DNA of 64,000 bases from the human T2T-CHM13v2.0 reference genome, Homo sapiens: the NCBI RefSeq assembly GCF_009914755.1, contig NC_060927.1; one strand, written 5' to 3'. The position numbers and the translations under genes were made by a program. This document shows, piece after piece, positions 1-13,317 of the stretch. Each line of letters begins with the position of its first letter. The stretch's first letter is position 1. The notes under the pieces were generated by a model. The model had not been told where the DNA came from, ran no database searches, and worked only from the letters and a program-made list of their open reading frames with translations.

Positions 1-183
1 ACCTCACCCAGCCAAGGGCTGCTTCTGACTGGACAGAGGGCGTCCAAGATGCAGACATGGTGTGCAGGCAGGAGGGCTTCCACTAGCCCCCCAGGTGGGA
101 GGTGCTGTGCACCCAGGCTCAAGAGGGAGGGGGCCCCAGCCACGAGGGAGGGGCAGGGACTTTCTTCTCACAAAGACCTTTCT

Positions 184-239
184 TCAGTATTCGAAGGTCA
201 CTGTCTTGACCCGCAGGTACTCGTTCAGAGCCGCCTCTC
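184..239 (-). CDS. ALDH1L1: ALDH1L1 exon 23 coding part (GEAALNEYLRVKTVTFEY*); 3'UTR continues to the left edge
   Basis: Acceptor ttacag|GAGAG; stop TGA at 184-186; 56 nt. Confidence 0.97.
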
Positions 240-2094
240 CTGTAAGACACCACAAAGGTCACAGCAGCTCCCACCACAGGCAGGGCACTGCTCGGGGCTG
301 CAAGTGTCTTATTCCTCAGCAACCACGTGGGGGCAGCTCTGGCTCACCCCACTTCCAGGTGAGAAGTCGAGGCCCAGCGAGGTCATGAATCTTACCCAGG
401 TTATCCCTGGCAGTGGATAGCGGGCCAGGACTCCCCAGAATACAAAGCCAATCTGAGGCAGCCATTTAAGAATCTTCCCCAGCTCCCACCGCCTTGTCTG
501 GACAGTGGGAAGCCCCTTCAGGTGGAAGGGGGTGGAGAGACTTGGCGTTACTGCCCAGACTCACTGGCCCATCTCTTCTCTCATGGCTGCCCCCAGCTAC
601 GTCTGCATCAAGCTGTGGCTGGGAAAAGGGGATGCCTCGCAGGGCCCTGAGGCCCCAGGCCTTGGCAGTGCTATGTGGCTGGTGCATCTCAGCCCCATGA
701 CAAGTGTGAGGCCTGGGGCTGCCTGACAGCTCCCCAGCAGCTCTGGCTGGCCCCAGGAGTGGCACTGCCCCGTCCCTCTGAGGTCCTGAGTCTGCCCAGG
801 CAGGCTGCTTGGAAGGCTTGGCTTGTGGGCCTGTCCCAGGAGGGTGCTGGTCCTCTCAGCAGGACATGGGGACTAGGGTTAGGAGGGAGCTGGGGGAACT
901 CGGGCAGGATTCATAAGGGGCCCAGATCACGTCCTGGGGACTTGGCAGCCACAGCCTTCCCTGGGTGGCCATGGGCCTCATGGATTCCCCTGGTGGACAC
1001 CAGGAAGGTGGCCTGGGAGAAGGCAGGAAGAGGAGGCCGACAGGGACAGAGGAAGCAGGAGTGTCCAGCCTACACATGCGTGCATGTGAGTCCAGCCCTG
1101 TGGGCACACATGGGCCCCTCTCATGGGTACCCTTGGGGGCTTCTGCAGGGCTTGAAAGATGGGGGCAGGGGGAGGAGAGAAAACTGGAAACAGTGACCAG
1201 CCTTTGACCCCCAGCCTCAGCATGACCTTCCCTGTGGTCTCTGGGCTGGCACAGGAGCCTGGAGAGACAGGTGGGACCTCTGAGACAGCATATGGCTTCC
1301 CCGGACCTTGCCAGCCACCCTTGCCAAGCTTGCCCATCAGACCTGTCTAGTCCCCCCTGCTGAGAGAGCAGGACGAGGCCCAAGGCTTGGAGCAGCCCAG
1401 GGAGAGAGGGCCGGAGCAGAACTCCACGCCACCCAGCAGGCAGAGCACTGGGGAGCCTGTGCTGTGTGCCGGGGGACCCCGCCTGCTGCCGCCTGAGTAA
1501 CTTCACCTCTACTGGGAGACTTGCAACACCCGTGGTGTTCACCCGGGGGTACATTTGGTCCCATGGCTCCTCTTTACACTAAGGATGCAACCTGAGCCCC
1601 TGACCATGGCCCATGGGCCTTCAATCTGGCCCCTACCTGCCTCTCAGGCCTTCTCTCCTCCCTCCTGCTCCCCCTTGGCCCACTCCCACCACTCTGGCCT
1701 CTCTGCAGCTCCACGACCAAAGCTGGTTCCCCCAAGGACCTGCTGAACCCTCAGCCAGAAACACGGGCCCCTGGGTCTTCACGGCCAACTCCTCCCTGCT
1801 ATGCAGGTCTGGGTAGCACAGGTGCCACCACACCAGAGAGGCCCCCAGTGCCTCCTGGCGGGAGTGTCTCCTCCAGGCCCCTCTTCTTGCCTTCTTCCCA
1901 GCACGACACCCCTCTGCAAGCATCTTGCTCACGGACTTGTCACAAGTTCCCTCCCAGTAAGAAGCGAACCCTGACAGCCATCATGTTCAAGGCTACGTCC
2001 CTGCATCTGAGATAGGACCTGGCCCTAAGTGGTTTTGAACAGATGTTTGTTGAATGAATAAATGAAAGCAACCCCACAGGCAGGAGTAGGTTAC

Positions 2095-2294
2095 CTAGAT
2101 CTTTGCCAAATCCAGACTGTTTGAATCCTCCGAAGGGAGCGGCCACGTCGGTCTTGTTGTACGTGTTGACAAACACAGTGCCTGCCTGGAGCTTGTCACT
2201 GACATACAGGGCCTTGTTGATGTCCCTGGTGAAGACACCAGAAGCCAGGCCAAATTCCGTGGCATTGGCCCGAGACAGCACGGCATCCAAGTCC
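2095..2294 (-). CDS. ALDH1L1: ALDH1L1 exon 22 ([10 protein letters not shown]...[10 protein letters not shown])
   Basis: ctccag|GGAC ... CTAG|gtaacc; 200 nt; ALDH C-terminal PFGGFKQSG motif. Confidence 0.97.
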
Positions 2295-2829
2295 CTGGAG
2301 AGAAAGTCCAGGAAGAACTCCCTGAGGGAGGTGCAGAGGAGAGCCTGGCCCACTCCACACCCCGGCCCACTCCACACCCCAGCTGCATAAGACCTTCCGA
2401 GGAGAAAATGTGCCGGGCTGCAGCACCGGGGGCAAGATTGGGTTGGGTTGGGCTGCGAGCGAGGAGGAAGGGCAGAGGCCCATGGGCAGGTGGCCACCAC
2501 AGGGGCTCCTGGATCATCGGGTGAGCCCTTTATTCCACAGACTGGGAGCAGGGGCCCAGAGAGGGGCCGCTGGGTCCTCACATGCAGAAGGACCCACATG
2601 TGCCCGCCGCAGGTTGGGCATTCACCAGACATCAGCGATTTGGAGACTTACTACAACCATATTTATTGGCTAGGTGGCAGTGAAGTCTCTTATTCTAATA
2701 CCACTGACATACGATGATAATTTCTGGGGTTTTTTTGGTAGTTGGATAGTAAAATGTGAGGACGAGGCACGATTTTGCAATTTGCTCCAAGGTGCTACGG
2801 AGACAAGGGGCAGGCCTGAGAAGTGACAG

Positions 2830-3223
2830 CATGGGCCTCAGTGGCCCCACTGTGAGTGGAGTACAGTTTTTCCCTTCCAGCCCAGCCTGGTCTGGGTGAC
2901 TTGCTTCATCAACAGGCCGTGGTGGAAGGGATGCTCTGGGATTCTAAAGAGCTAGATTATAAAGAGCCTTTTGGCTTCCACCTGGCCTCCGAAGGGAACC
3001 AGGTGCCTCGGCAACCCCGAGGCTGCCACGCGGAGGAAGCCTCCCGCAAGACCCCCAGCAGCATCAGGATAGCCACTCTGTCACCCCAGCTGAGGCCAGA
3101 CACTGCATGGAGCAGAGATGGGTTTGCCTCATTGAACCTAGACCGTGAGTAAAATAAATCTCTGATTATTCCAAGCCACTCAGTGTCGGGGGTGGTTTAA
3201 TGCATGGTAACAGACCTTAGAAC
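2830..3223 (+). mobile_element. MaLR LTR (MLT1-like)
   Basis: MLT1-type 3' end: gtgagtaaaataaatctctgattattccaagccactcagt. Confidence 0.65.
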
Positions 3224-3509
3224 AGAGCCCAGCGGGCTGTGAGAAACATGCTGGAGCATGTGACAAGTGACAAGGACAGGGAAGGGAGCTGCCTTTGCTC
3301 ACAGGGGGGACTCAAAGCCCCAGGTCACTGGGCTCTCTTCTCAGGGGTGTGGAGACTCAGCAGGCGGCACAAGCGGGGTGTCCACGGCTTGCGCCCTGCC
3401 TGAGTTCTCCTCCTGACTGCCCGTAGACTACCTCCCAAAGCCCACATGAAGACCCCAGTAACACGTGGGAGAGAGTCAGGGCCCTTGAGACATCAGCAGG
3501 ATTCCCTAC

Positions 3510-3615
3510 CCATCAGCAAACCGAGAGATGATCATGACAGGCCCGAAGGACTCCTCCTTGGCTATGAACATGTGGTCTTCCACGTCTGTGAAAACAGTTG
3601 GCTCAAAGAAGAACC
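3510..3615 (-). CDS. ALDH1L1: ALDH1L1 exon 21 ([11 protein letters not shown]...[15 protein letters not shown])
   Basis: ttgcag|GGTTC ... GATGG|gtaggg; 106 nt; EExFGP motif. Confidence 0.97.
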
Positions 3616-4879
3616 CTGCAAGAGAGATAAAAGCCCGTTGCACATGGGAGACACGGTGCCCGATGGTCCAGCCTCTCCGTCAGCAGGGCCTGGGCCACAC
3701 CAGCCACCTGCGGATGACCCGACATAAGCACCGGGTCATGGCACCCGTGTGATGGGTGTCACCACGCTGCAGATGGCTCTCCCACCTGGCTTGTTCTTTG
3801 ATGTGGGTCTCACCGTGCTTTTAACGGAGTGCTGTTGAGGGAAATGGGGCCGCCGGTTGGCAGGTGACAGAGCTGAGACCTGATCCCAAGTCCATCCAAT
3901 CCTAGTGCCAGAACCCATGGCCGAAGCAAAGACTTGAGCTTTTCTGGTGACAGCTAATCTAAAACCACCTAGATTCTTTGGCAGGTGAAACCTCCCAGGC
4001 AGCTCTGCCACTGACCCTGGTGGCTACAACCCGTGGAGTAGGAGGAGGTGAGAGGGGAGGAGCTCTGGGCACTGGGACCTCCTGGGGCTTCCTCCCTCTG
4101 CCCTCCCAGGGTCCCTACCAAGGCCCAGCTCCATGCTCTCCAGTCAAGAAGGGACCACCTACTCCCAACCCTGGATGCAGCCCCTACAGGCCCTGGTTGC
4201 CAGGGCAGAAGCACTTCTGACAACTGAAATGCTTCCTCTCTGTTTTCTCTAGAGACAGAGCCCTAAGACCTGCTGCACTGAGGTCAATCCTGCCTGACCT
4301 CACTGAGATTCAATCCTGCCTAACTTAGGAATAATCAAGAGACTGGGAATTTTCTCACTCTAGTTTTTAGAGAAATAGAAAATTTCAAACCATGTTAAAA
4401 AGTTATTTAATAAAATGTTCAATATTTTTCATACATACACAAATGATGTTTTAACACTGATTACAATTCTGAAAATGTGACTCATGTACATGCATAGTGG
4501 TTTATGTGGCCTGTGTTTACTCCACAGTCTTGCACCACTTCTGCCAGGGCATGTGAGCCATGCTGACCACCCCTCTGTCATCCCCTCCCCATCTACCTTG
4601 TACTCTCCCCTGTCCCCTCTAGACCCTGAGAGCTGGTCTCCTGGTCATTGGGCCACCAGAAGGCAGCCCCATCCCATGCTCTGCCCCTCACTGGGCTGCA
4701 GGAATTCTGTTCCTTCTCATACCCCCTCCAGGGCGGGGTGATGGCTCCCCACTGTTCCTGGTTCCTGGGTGCTGCTCTACCCCTTGCTGGCTCCCTAGCC
4801 CTGCTCCTGGTACAAGGCCTCCATCACACTGTCTTCCACCAATCCTGAACCCGGCCATCCTTGCACTGCAAGGGTCCTG

Positions 4880-6000
4880 GTGATGCTCCCCCAACCCCAC
4901 CTGCCTCATGGAACTCACAGTCCAGCGGGAGTGGGAAGAGGGTAAGTGGACAGTGACAGCAGCAGTGCAATGGTCACGAGAGCTCTGTTGAGGTGTGCGG
5001 TGCCCGATGCCCTGTGACACGGGCATGCCCGGGCTTGGATGTCCTGTGAGCTGAAGAAGCAGGAGCTCTCCAGGTGGGGACACTGGAAAGCCTCCACTAA
5101 GCCGAGCAGCAGCAAATGCATGGAGCCCAAGAAAGCAGGAGAAGCCTCTGGAGAGAATGAAATGCAGCTGCAGTACAGGTCAAGGGCAAGTCAGGCACAG
5201 ATCATGAAGGACTCCGGCTGTGAGGTCAAGGAGTCCGAACTTGCACTGCAGGAGGATGGGTCACTGCTGCAAGGTCTTAACAGAGGAGAGGTCACCAGAC
5301 CCTGGCAGCTGTGTGAATAAAGGATCAGCAGGCTCACAAGGCCACTTGGGAGGCTGCTGTGACGCTGAGCGAGGCAAGATGCAGGGAGCCCGCACAAGGG
5401 TCAGGGAGGCAGAGGAGGCCCAGAGTGGGACAATTCTCAGATTTGACAGAATCAGGCCAATAATTTAAATGAGGGTCACAGAAAGAGAAGAGTCAGGGAT
5501 TCCTTCTTTCCTTCCCTCCTTCATGCCATCAAATTAACTGAGCACCAACTCTGTGCAAGGCCCGGTCTAGGCACAAAGGAGCTAGGGGTGAGGAAGACAG
5601 TCATGGCACCTGTCCCCCAGCAGCAGCGTCAACGGTCCATCCCCGTGGCTGCTGCGCTTCTGGCCTGGACTGCTCGATCAGACAGAGGGTCCTGGAGCAG
5701 CAGGTGTGTGTGTCTGGGCTCAACTATAGCTGGGACATTGCAATGACCTTTGAGTTTGAAGGGCCTGGGGGACATCCAGGTGGAAGTGTCCAGTGCCGCT
5801 GGCTGTGCGGTCAGGAGCTCTGGGTGGGATGGAGCCTGGAGGCCTGTATCTGGTAGGGTCTGAGCTGCTGCAGGGGAGAGATCCTGCGGGCAAAAAGTCC
5901 CCCATGAGAGGTGTTCCAAGCTAAGGATAGGCAGGGATGCACCTGCATTGAGAGAACAGGTGAAGCAACGGCTGAGAGGTTAACAGCCAGTGAAATAGAG
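4880..6000. mobile_element. Degraded L2 fragments
   Basis: L2-like motifs such as aactgagcaccaactctgtgcaaggccc and ggacatccaggtggaagtgtcc. Confidence 0.5.
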
Positions 6001-6312
6001 GAAAAATAATAAAATCTAGTCTCATGAAATCTATGGGGGAGAGACTGTCAAGGCTGCGGTGACAGTAAGGGCAAGTCAGAGTCCAGTTCAATACTGAATA
6101 AACCAGCACTGAATAATGCTCGTCCCATCCCCGGGTCTGGCTGGTGCCCAAATAGCCACAGCCCAGTCCATCCCAGGTCCCAGATGGGGCTGCAGCCTGA
6201 CTGTGTAGGTACCTGGCCTTCAGATGTCTCCAGTTCAGCTGGACAGGGAACCAGAGGCCATGGGACCTGCTGCCTCAATTGACCCAAGCGGACCTGACAC
6301 ACTCTGACTCAC

Positions 6313-6478
6313 CTGGCCGAGGGACCTGATTCCCGCCGCAGACCAGTGTGGCCCCTTCCTTCACGCCATGCTGGCAGTACTCCATCAGCTTCACAAGGTG
6401 GGCATGGTGATTCTGCGGCCCGTGGTCGGTGTCCCTGTCCAGCGGGTTGCCCACCTTCATCTTCCGCACCTCTTCTAC
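6313..6478 (-). CDS. ALDH1L1: ALDH1L1 exon 20 ([10 protein letters not shown]...NQVPRP)
   Basis: ctgcag|GTAGAA ... CCAG|gtgagt; 166 nt. Confidence 0.97.
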
Positions 6479-7479
6479 CTGCAGAAAGTCCTCCAAGTCA
6501 GGTGTGGCTTGTGCTGCCACAGTTTCTGACAATGATCCTCACCTGACTCAGCTCTCATGGCTGACCCCTGGGGAAAGTCCACACTCTGTTCTAGCCTCAG
6601 GGCTTTCTGAATTCTGACTCTAAATCCACCTTCCAGGCTGAAATCCCAAATGGCTCCTATGTGTAGAGGGACAGAAGTCTCCAAGGAGACAGGAGCCCAG
6701 CAACATATGGGCTGGAAATGGAGACATACAGGGGTGTGGGTGAGGAGGACAGAGGCCGGCATATTTGACTAGTTGAGATGGGGCTCAATACAACACGTAT
6801 CTGACTCTGGTCCTGCACCAGCCTCATGGACCAAGAAGCTGAAGGAACTGTTTGTCCGGGGGACTCCAGGATGTGCGGTAGGTGGGATACACCAGCCCTG
6901 CTGCAATAGTCCTGGTGCCAAAGTGGGAAAGAAATTAAGTGAAGGGGAGGGGCCCAAGGCTCTAGTCTGCTGACCCTCCTCCTCCAAGGCCAGGGCATCT
7001 CACATCTTGCAAACTCTGCACCCCTAATCAGCCCTAATCAGACACAGGTGTGACTCGAGCACCCGGAACACCCCTCTGCTCTTCTCACCAGGGCCCACTG
7101 TGTGCCTCTGACTGTCCTGTCTCCACCCTGTAGCCAAACCCGGTTGCTTTTGTTCCTTATTCTCTGCTCCTGTCCTGCCGACCCAAACCGCACCCCGATC
7201 AAATGGCTTTGTATCTTGGATACAAAGAACAAGCAGCCTACTGAGCCTCCTGAACACTGGCCTCACTTCCTTTATTTGGGATTGTGACTGTCCTGAGAAT
7301 TATCCCTGGGACTCTGGCCCTTGCAGTCACCCTTCTGTGGAAGTCTCATGACTCCCTTAAGACCCCCAGACAGGACCTTGTGTGCACAGCTCTGTGTCCC
7401 CGCAGTCACACTCCCCCCATGACCGCCACTTTATCTCCAGTAGTCCCTGGGTCTGTATCCTGGTCCTGCTATTCCTGTG

Positions 7480-7955
7480 CCGGGCCCATCGTGGCAGTGG
7501 GCCTCACTTGGCCGGGCAGGCCAGCTCCCCAACTATGGAAGATGAGCTTGTGCCTCCCATCACGTGGTAGAGTCTGTTTCCTCACCCCTTGAATCTGGGC
7601 CGGCCTGTGACTTGCTTAGGCAGCACAATGCATGGAAGCAATGTTTCGTGCATTTCAAGAGGCCTCTCAACTTGTGCTCTCACTCTTAGGAGTCTTTCCA
7701 CTGTCCACGTGAACATGTCCCAGCACACGCTGCAGAATGCAGGCCCCCAGGGCAACGACAGCTGTCCCACGAAGCCGCCCGCTGCCCCGCTGCCCCTGAG
7801 TCTCACTGCAGATGTTTGGGCAAGCTCTGACAATCCCAGATGAGCCCCAACAAACCCCAGCCTAGACTGCCACTGCTGCCCACAGAAACATGAGCTGAGG
7901 GCAGGGCTTCATTTCCAGCCACTCCGTGTTGAGGGTCGTTATATGGCAAAAACTG
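7480..7955 (+). mobile_element. MaLR LTR (MLT1-like)
   Basis: cccttgaatctgggccggcctgtgacttgctt ... cccacagaaacatgagc ... agccactccgtg. Confidence 0.65.
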
Positions 7956-8479
7956 TTCTAGCCCGTCCTAGAAAGTCCTTCCTTTTCCCACTGCTTCCGG
8001 ACTCTGAGCCACCTCCCCAGGTCCAGCACCAGCTCTCCTCCAGGGGCCCCTCCCTCACCCCTCTGCTCATAGGCCGTCTTTTTCCCTGGTTTCCCAGGTA
8101 CCATCTCTCTGAAACCATGTGTGGCGGTTGCTGGCTGTTTCTCCCGCATCCCTGCCACTATCCACTGGGATTAGATGCTGCTCTCCACAACCTAGGGGCG
8201 GTGGGGGGCGGTGCTCTTCGCGGAAGCTAAGCCAACCTCAGCTTGCTCCCCCCCTGGTATCATGGCCTGGATGAAGGATGGCTGAGGCCTGGCTCGTGTC
8301 AACCCCACAGTGTTTTCTAACAGAGGTGGTGAGGAAGGAGTCATGTCCCACTCTGGCACCATGTGGTGAGAAGGTAATGCTGGTGCCATCAGCCCCATAC
8401 TCCCACCATATCCGAGCTGCTTGGAGAGGATGAAGCCAACCCGCTGAGGAACTGAGAAGCCAGGCATTACAAACCTCCC

Positions 8480-8911
8480 AAGGGGGACTCAGGATGGCCC
8501 ATCTGTCCCGAGGCCAGCATCAAGCCTGCTCTTCCAGGTGTGGTTGAGTGGATAAATCTGGTGGGAGACACTGTCCTGTGCCCACCAGATCCCCGAGGCC
8601 ATGCAAGGTGGCTGCAGAGCCTGACGGGAGCTACTCTCCCCTGCTGGCGGCCCACAGCCAAGCCTACCTGCCACAGGGGCCCACAGCCTGGCCACTTGGC
8701 TCCAGGGGTATGCCTGTGTAGGGGGATTCGTGCTCCAGGGCCCCTGTCCATGTTCAGGCCCAGGCTGACCTGAGACCAGGCTCTTGCTCCATTCTGTCCA
8801 GTCCTCCCCTGGTCTCTTCTCTTTCCAGGCTTCACCCAAGAGTCCACTCTGAGTAAATCACCTGCACTGAATTCTTGCCCCAGGCTCTATTTCTAGGGGA
8901 CCAACCCAAGA
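8480..8911 (+). mobile_element. ERVL-type solo LTR (LTR16-like); 5' boundary uncertain
   Basis: 3' end gtaaatcacctgcactgaattcttgccccaggctctatttctaggggaccaacccaaga. Confidence 0.55.
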
Positions 8912-9149
8912 TGGGCCCTTTTTGGTGATGTCAGTTTTGCTACAGGTCTGCTATTTCTTGGTGAAATAATAAAATCCAGTGAAGACTCAGCACAGCTCCC
9001 GCTGTGGGTTCCCTGACCCCCGGGGGGAGTGTCCTCCAGGAGGAGCCCAGCCTCACTTGACCCTGCCCTGTCTCCCCTCCTCCAACCCCCTCCAGCCAGG
9101 CTGCTGTCCCAGTGAACCAGCCGCCCGCAGACCCTGGGGCAGGACTTAC

Positions 9150-9248
9150 CACTCTCCGCACGAACTCATCATGAATGGAGTCCTCCACAAAGAGTCGGCC
9201 TGCTGCAATGCAATTCTCTCCTTTGTTGAAGAAAACAGAACTCATCCC
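9150..9248 (-). CDS. ALDH1L1: ALDH1L1 exon 19 ([17 protein letters not shown]...VRRV), catalytic Cys707
   Basis: ctgaag|GGGATG ... GTG|gtaagt; 99 nt; ALDH cysteine active-site motif. Confidence 0.97.
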
Positions 9249-10924
9249 CTTCAGAGAATGGACAAGAACACCAGGTCACTGCTCCTCCTGGGACACCAGC
9301 CCCCGGCTCTGCCAGGGCCCAGCCGCCTCTTCTAATTAGGAAAGGAGGCACCCATGTGTCCTGATCTCCTCCTGTGGGCCCCACTCAATCCTCAGTCACC
9401 TCAAGAGGAGAGGTGAGAGGTAACTGTGTGGGAAGTGAAGACGCTGAGGCCCATGCAGTGACAGAGAGACACCACGCCCCAACTCCCACCACTGGAGGAT
9501 AAGGCTGCCATCCACACTGCAGAGCATGGGGACCAAGTGGGAGTGAGCCTTGGCCTGCCTGAGACCCTCCTGCACCCTGGGTGGCTCACTGGGGCGGCCC
9601 AGGAGGTGCCGACTCCTGTTTCAGAGTCTACACTCTTGGGAGCTGACAGGAGAGATGCCAGCCGTGTGTGTAAGCATGGAGCAGGCGGTGGGTGACAGGG
9701 CAGAGGGTGGGACACAGGCAGGCAGCCCCGACATGGGTGGGTGAGAGGTGGGGCAGCCCTGGCCCAGGGAACTCCTGGCAGGAGTCCAGAACAAAGGCCC
9801 TCAGAGGCCCCAGGCAGCCTGCTTTTTCAAACTCGCCTGCTGTGGGAGACCCAGGGGAGGACGGAGAGCCATGGTCAAGCCTGGCTCTCCTGGAACCTGG
9901 GACTGCACAGCCAATGACAGGGCCCCGACCTCCAGCTCAGCACAGGGCCCAGCTAGATCCCCGTGCTGATGGGTTCACCCGGGCCCGTGAACAAGGCCCT
10001 TGCCTCCCTCAGTTTCTCCACCAAATGAGGTTGGACTCCCTTTCACACCCAAGCTAGGGTGTTAGGCCACCCTCCACGGCACAGTGGAACTTAGATAGGG
10101 CCGGGGGCATATTTGGGGACCTGGCTGAACATGGTCTTACTGGTTTGCTCCCACAGGAGTCAGGACAGGACCAAGGCAACAACAATACTAATGGTGAGAA
10201 CAAGGACTGACACATGTCTCAAGTGGCACTTGCCACTAACCTAAGCCCTTCAGACATATTCATTCTGCAGCCACCCGGGAGGTGGGTATCACCATGGTCC
10301 CTATCCACAGGTGGGAGCACAGACGCCACAGAGGTTAGGTAACTTGCTCAAGGCTGCCCACTAAGTCAGTGGTGGAGCCAGGCACTGCACCCACGGCCAC
10401 CGGTAGAGGGTCACTGTCAGCAGGGCTGGGCCCAAGTGCTCAGAGTTCTGCTTTGCTCTTTTATTTTAAAAACACACATTTTATTGTGTATATTTGAGGT
10501 TTACAGCATGAAGTTATGGATTACATATAGATGGTAAAATGGTTACCATAGTGAAGCAGATCAACACATCTGATTTGCCCTCTCATCAGACAGAAAAGGC
10601 TGCAATGTTTATTTCAGAACAGATGGAGCTGTGGCGTGTGTTTCCCAATTTCATATTTATATGTAATACACACACACACATATGTTATAGGCAGTTGATC
10701 TCAGCTATCCTGGCAGCTATGAAACTTCTTGGGAAGTATGTTTGGAGGGCACACGTCATTCTTCCCTAAGCCTGCTGCCTGCCATGCTATGCTTGTGATG
10801 ACGCTATGGACTCCACCAGGGCTACACGTGTGAGTGTGGCTGTGGAATCAGAGACAGGGCCTCCTGGTCCCTACAGTCCCTGTTCCCGCTCACTGTCCCT
10901 GCCCCCTCCAGGCCCGGCCCTCAC

Positions 10925-11024
10925 CATCTGCACAGCCTTGTTGAGGTCACAGTCAGCAAAGATGATGAGGGGTGACTTCCCGCCCAGTTCCAGGGACACC
11001 TTCTTCACGTTACTTATGGCACAG
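10925..11024 (-). CDS. ALDH1L1: ALDH1L1 exon 18 ([18 protein letters not shown]...VQM), Glu673
   Basis: ttgcag|CTGT ... ATG|gtgagg; 100 nt; LELGGKSP motif. Confidence 0.97.
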
Positions 11025-11909
11025 CTGCAAGGAACAGAGGGCTGGTGGGGCCGGTCCCTCCAGGGCAGGTAGGGGCATTGGGACCCCAGGTGGCAGGGAC
11101 CTGGGTAGGCCCAAAGCATGCTTTGCTGCAAGAAGCAAGACCCGGCCAGTGCCTCCCCACTCCCCCCCACCCCTTGCGGCTTCACACGGCCACCTGCCTT
11201 TCCTTTCTGGCCTGTACACACCAGGCCTGTGCCCCACTGCCCCCTGGACTGCCCTTCCTGCTGCCCACTCCACACCTCATTTCCTGCAGGCCTGTGTTCC
11301 CTTCTCTGGGGTGCCTCCCTGATCGCCCCGTATAAAACCACAGCCTGCCTGTGCACCCCATCTGCTGTCCTTTCCTCTACTGCATGTTGACCTCTGACCC
11401 CACCTGCAGAGCATGAGCCTGGCCAGGGCAGGCACGCATCTGTCTGGGTCCTATTACAGCCCCGGTGCCAAGCACAGTGCCTGCACGCAGCTGGTGCTGC
11501 ACAAATTAAGGAATACAAAACAGCACCATCCGCTGGCACAGCTGCAGGGGCCCAGAGGCTGGGGCACCTCCTTGTATTAGTGGCAGAGCAAACAGAGAGG
11601 CTGGGAGTCATGAACACATCACATCAGTGGGCAAGAAATGCACTGCAGGGATGCTGTCCTCAGCTGGACACTCAGTCAATAGCCGGCAGGTAGGAGGCTC
11701 CACTGGGGAGGAGAGGCCTCCTCTGCAGAAGCAACCCAGGGAGATGGCACCCATCTCAGCTGCAGGTCTGTGTGACACGGCTGCCTGGGAAGAAGAAAGC
11801 AGCAGAACCAGGGATGCTGGGGCAGGAAGCTGCTCAGAGCTCTGCTTTGCTCTTCTTTTTTTTTTTTTTTAATAAATTTTACTGTGTATATTTGAGGTTC
11901 ATAGCATGA

Positions 11910-12766
<857 letters not shown>

Positions 12767-13317
12767 TATAGCATGAACTACATATTGATGGTAAAATGGT
12801 TACCATGGTGAGGCAGATCAACATATCTTGCCCCCCAAACCCTCTGTCCAGCTCTGGAGTGCTCAGAGCTGACATTTCCTGAGCCCTCACCCTGGACTTG
12901 ACTCACATGTGCTCAGACATGGCTACAACCTACACACCTCAGAGGAAGAGACCAGCTAGCTTTTGAATTAGGAGAGGCAAACCTGCAGTGACTACTTGCA
13001 GTTACCCCATTCCCCTACCCACGTCACTCAAAGTGCAGGTGCCAAAACCCACCCCCAGAAGTTCAGTGTCAGGGCTGGGGCAGGCTCCAGTGTCAGTCAG
13101 GGCTCCACCTGTGGTCTGGCCCTGGCTGGCTCTCCCAGCTTGTCAGTGATGGAGACCAGAACCCCTGCACTATCAAACTGCTGTAATGGAACTGGTGGGG
13201 GACCCAAGGCATGGGTGTGGCCCAGGTCATATTGTGGTTTAGTGACAGAGTCTGGGAGATGACACCAGTCAATTTGAGGCCAAAGTCCAAGGATGAAGAC
13301 ATGAGTTGACCTAGATC

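Larger units (their letters stand above)
1..4430 (+). ncRNA. ALDH1L1-AS1: Probable antisense lncRNA (ALDH1L1-AS1) overlapping exons 21-23; boundaries tentative
   Basis: Rests mainly on my recollection of an annotated antisense transcript at the 3' end of ALDH1L1. Sequence support is limited to a plus-strand donor CAG|gtgaga at ~359, candidate acceptors at ~3984 and 4250, and AATAAA at 4409-4414. Confidence 0.4.

Noticed and set aside
856-1554. 232-aa ORF and many other 60-250 aa ORFs in GC-rich introns
   Set aside because: Low-complexity P/G/A/S/R-rich translations with no recognisable domain; expected by chance in GC-rich DNA
2620-2810. AT-richer island in intron 21
   Set aside because: Probably an old transposon fragment; I see no structure or coding signal I can support
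10871-11617. Long ORFs running through real exons (also 1940-2632, 46443-46994, 53524-54048, 54765-55307)
   Set aside because: Only the exon-bounded parts match ALDH1L1; the rest is intronic read-through
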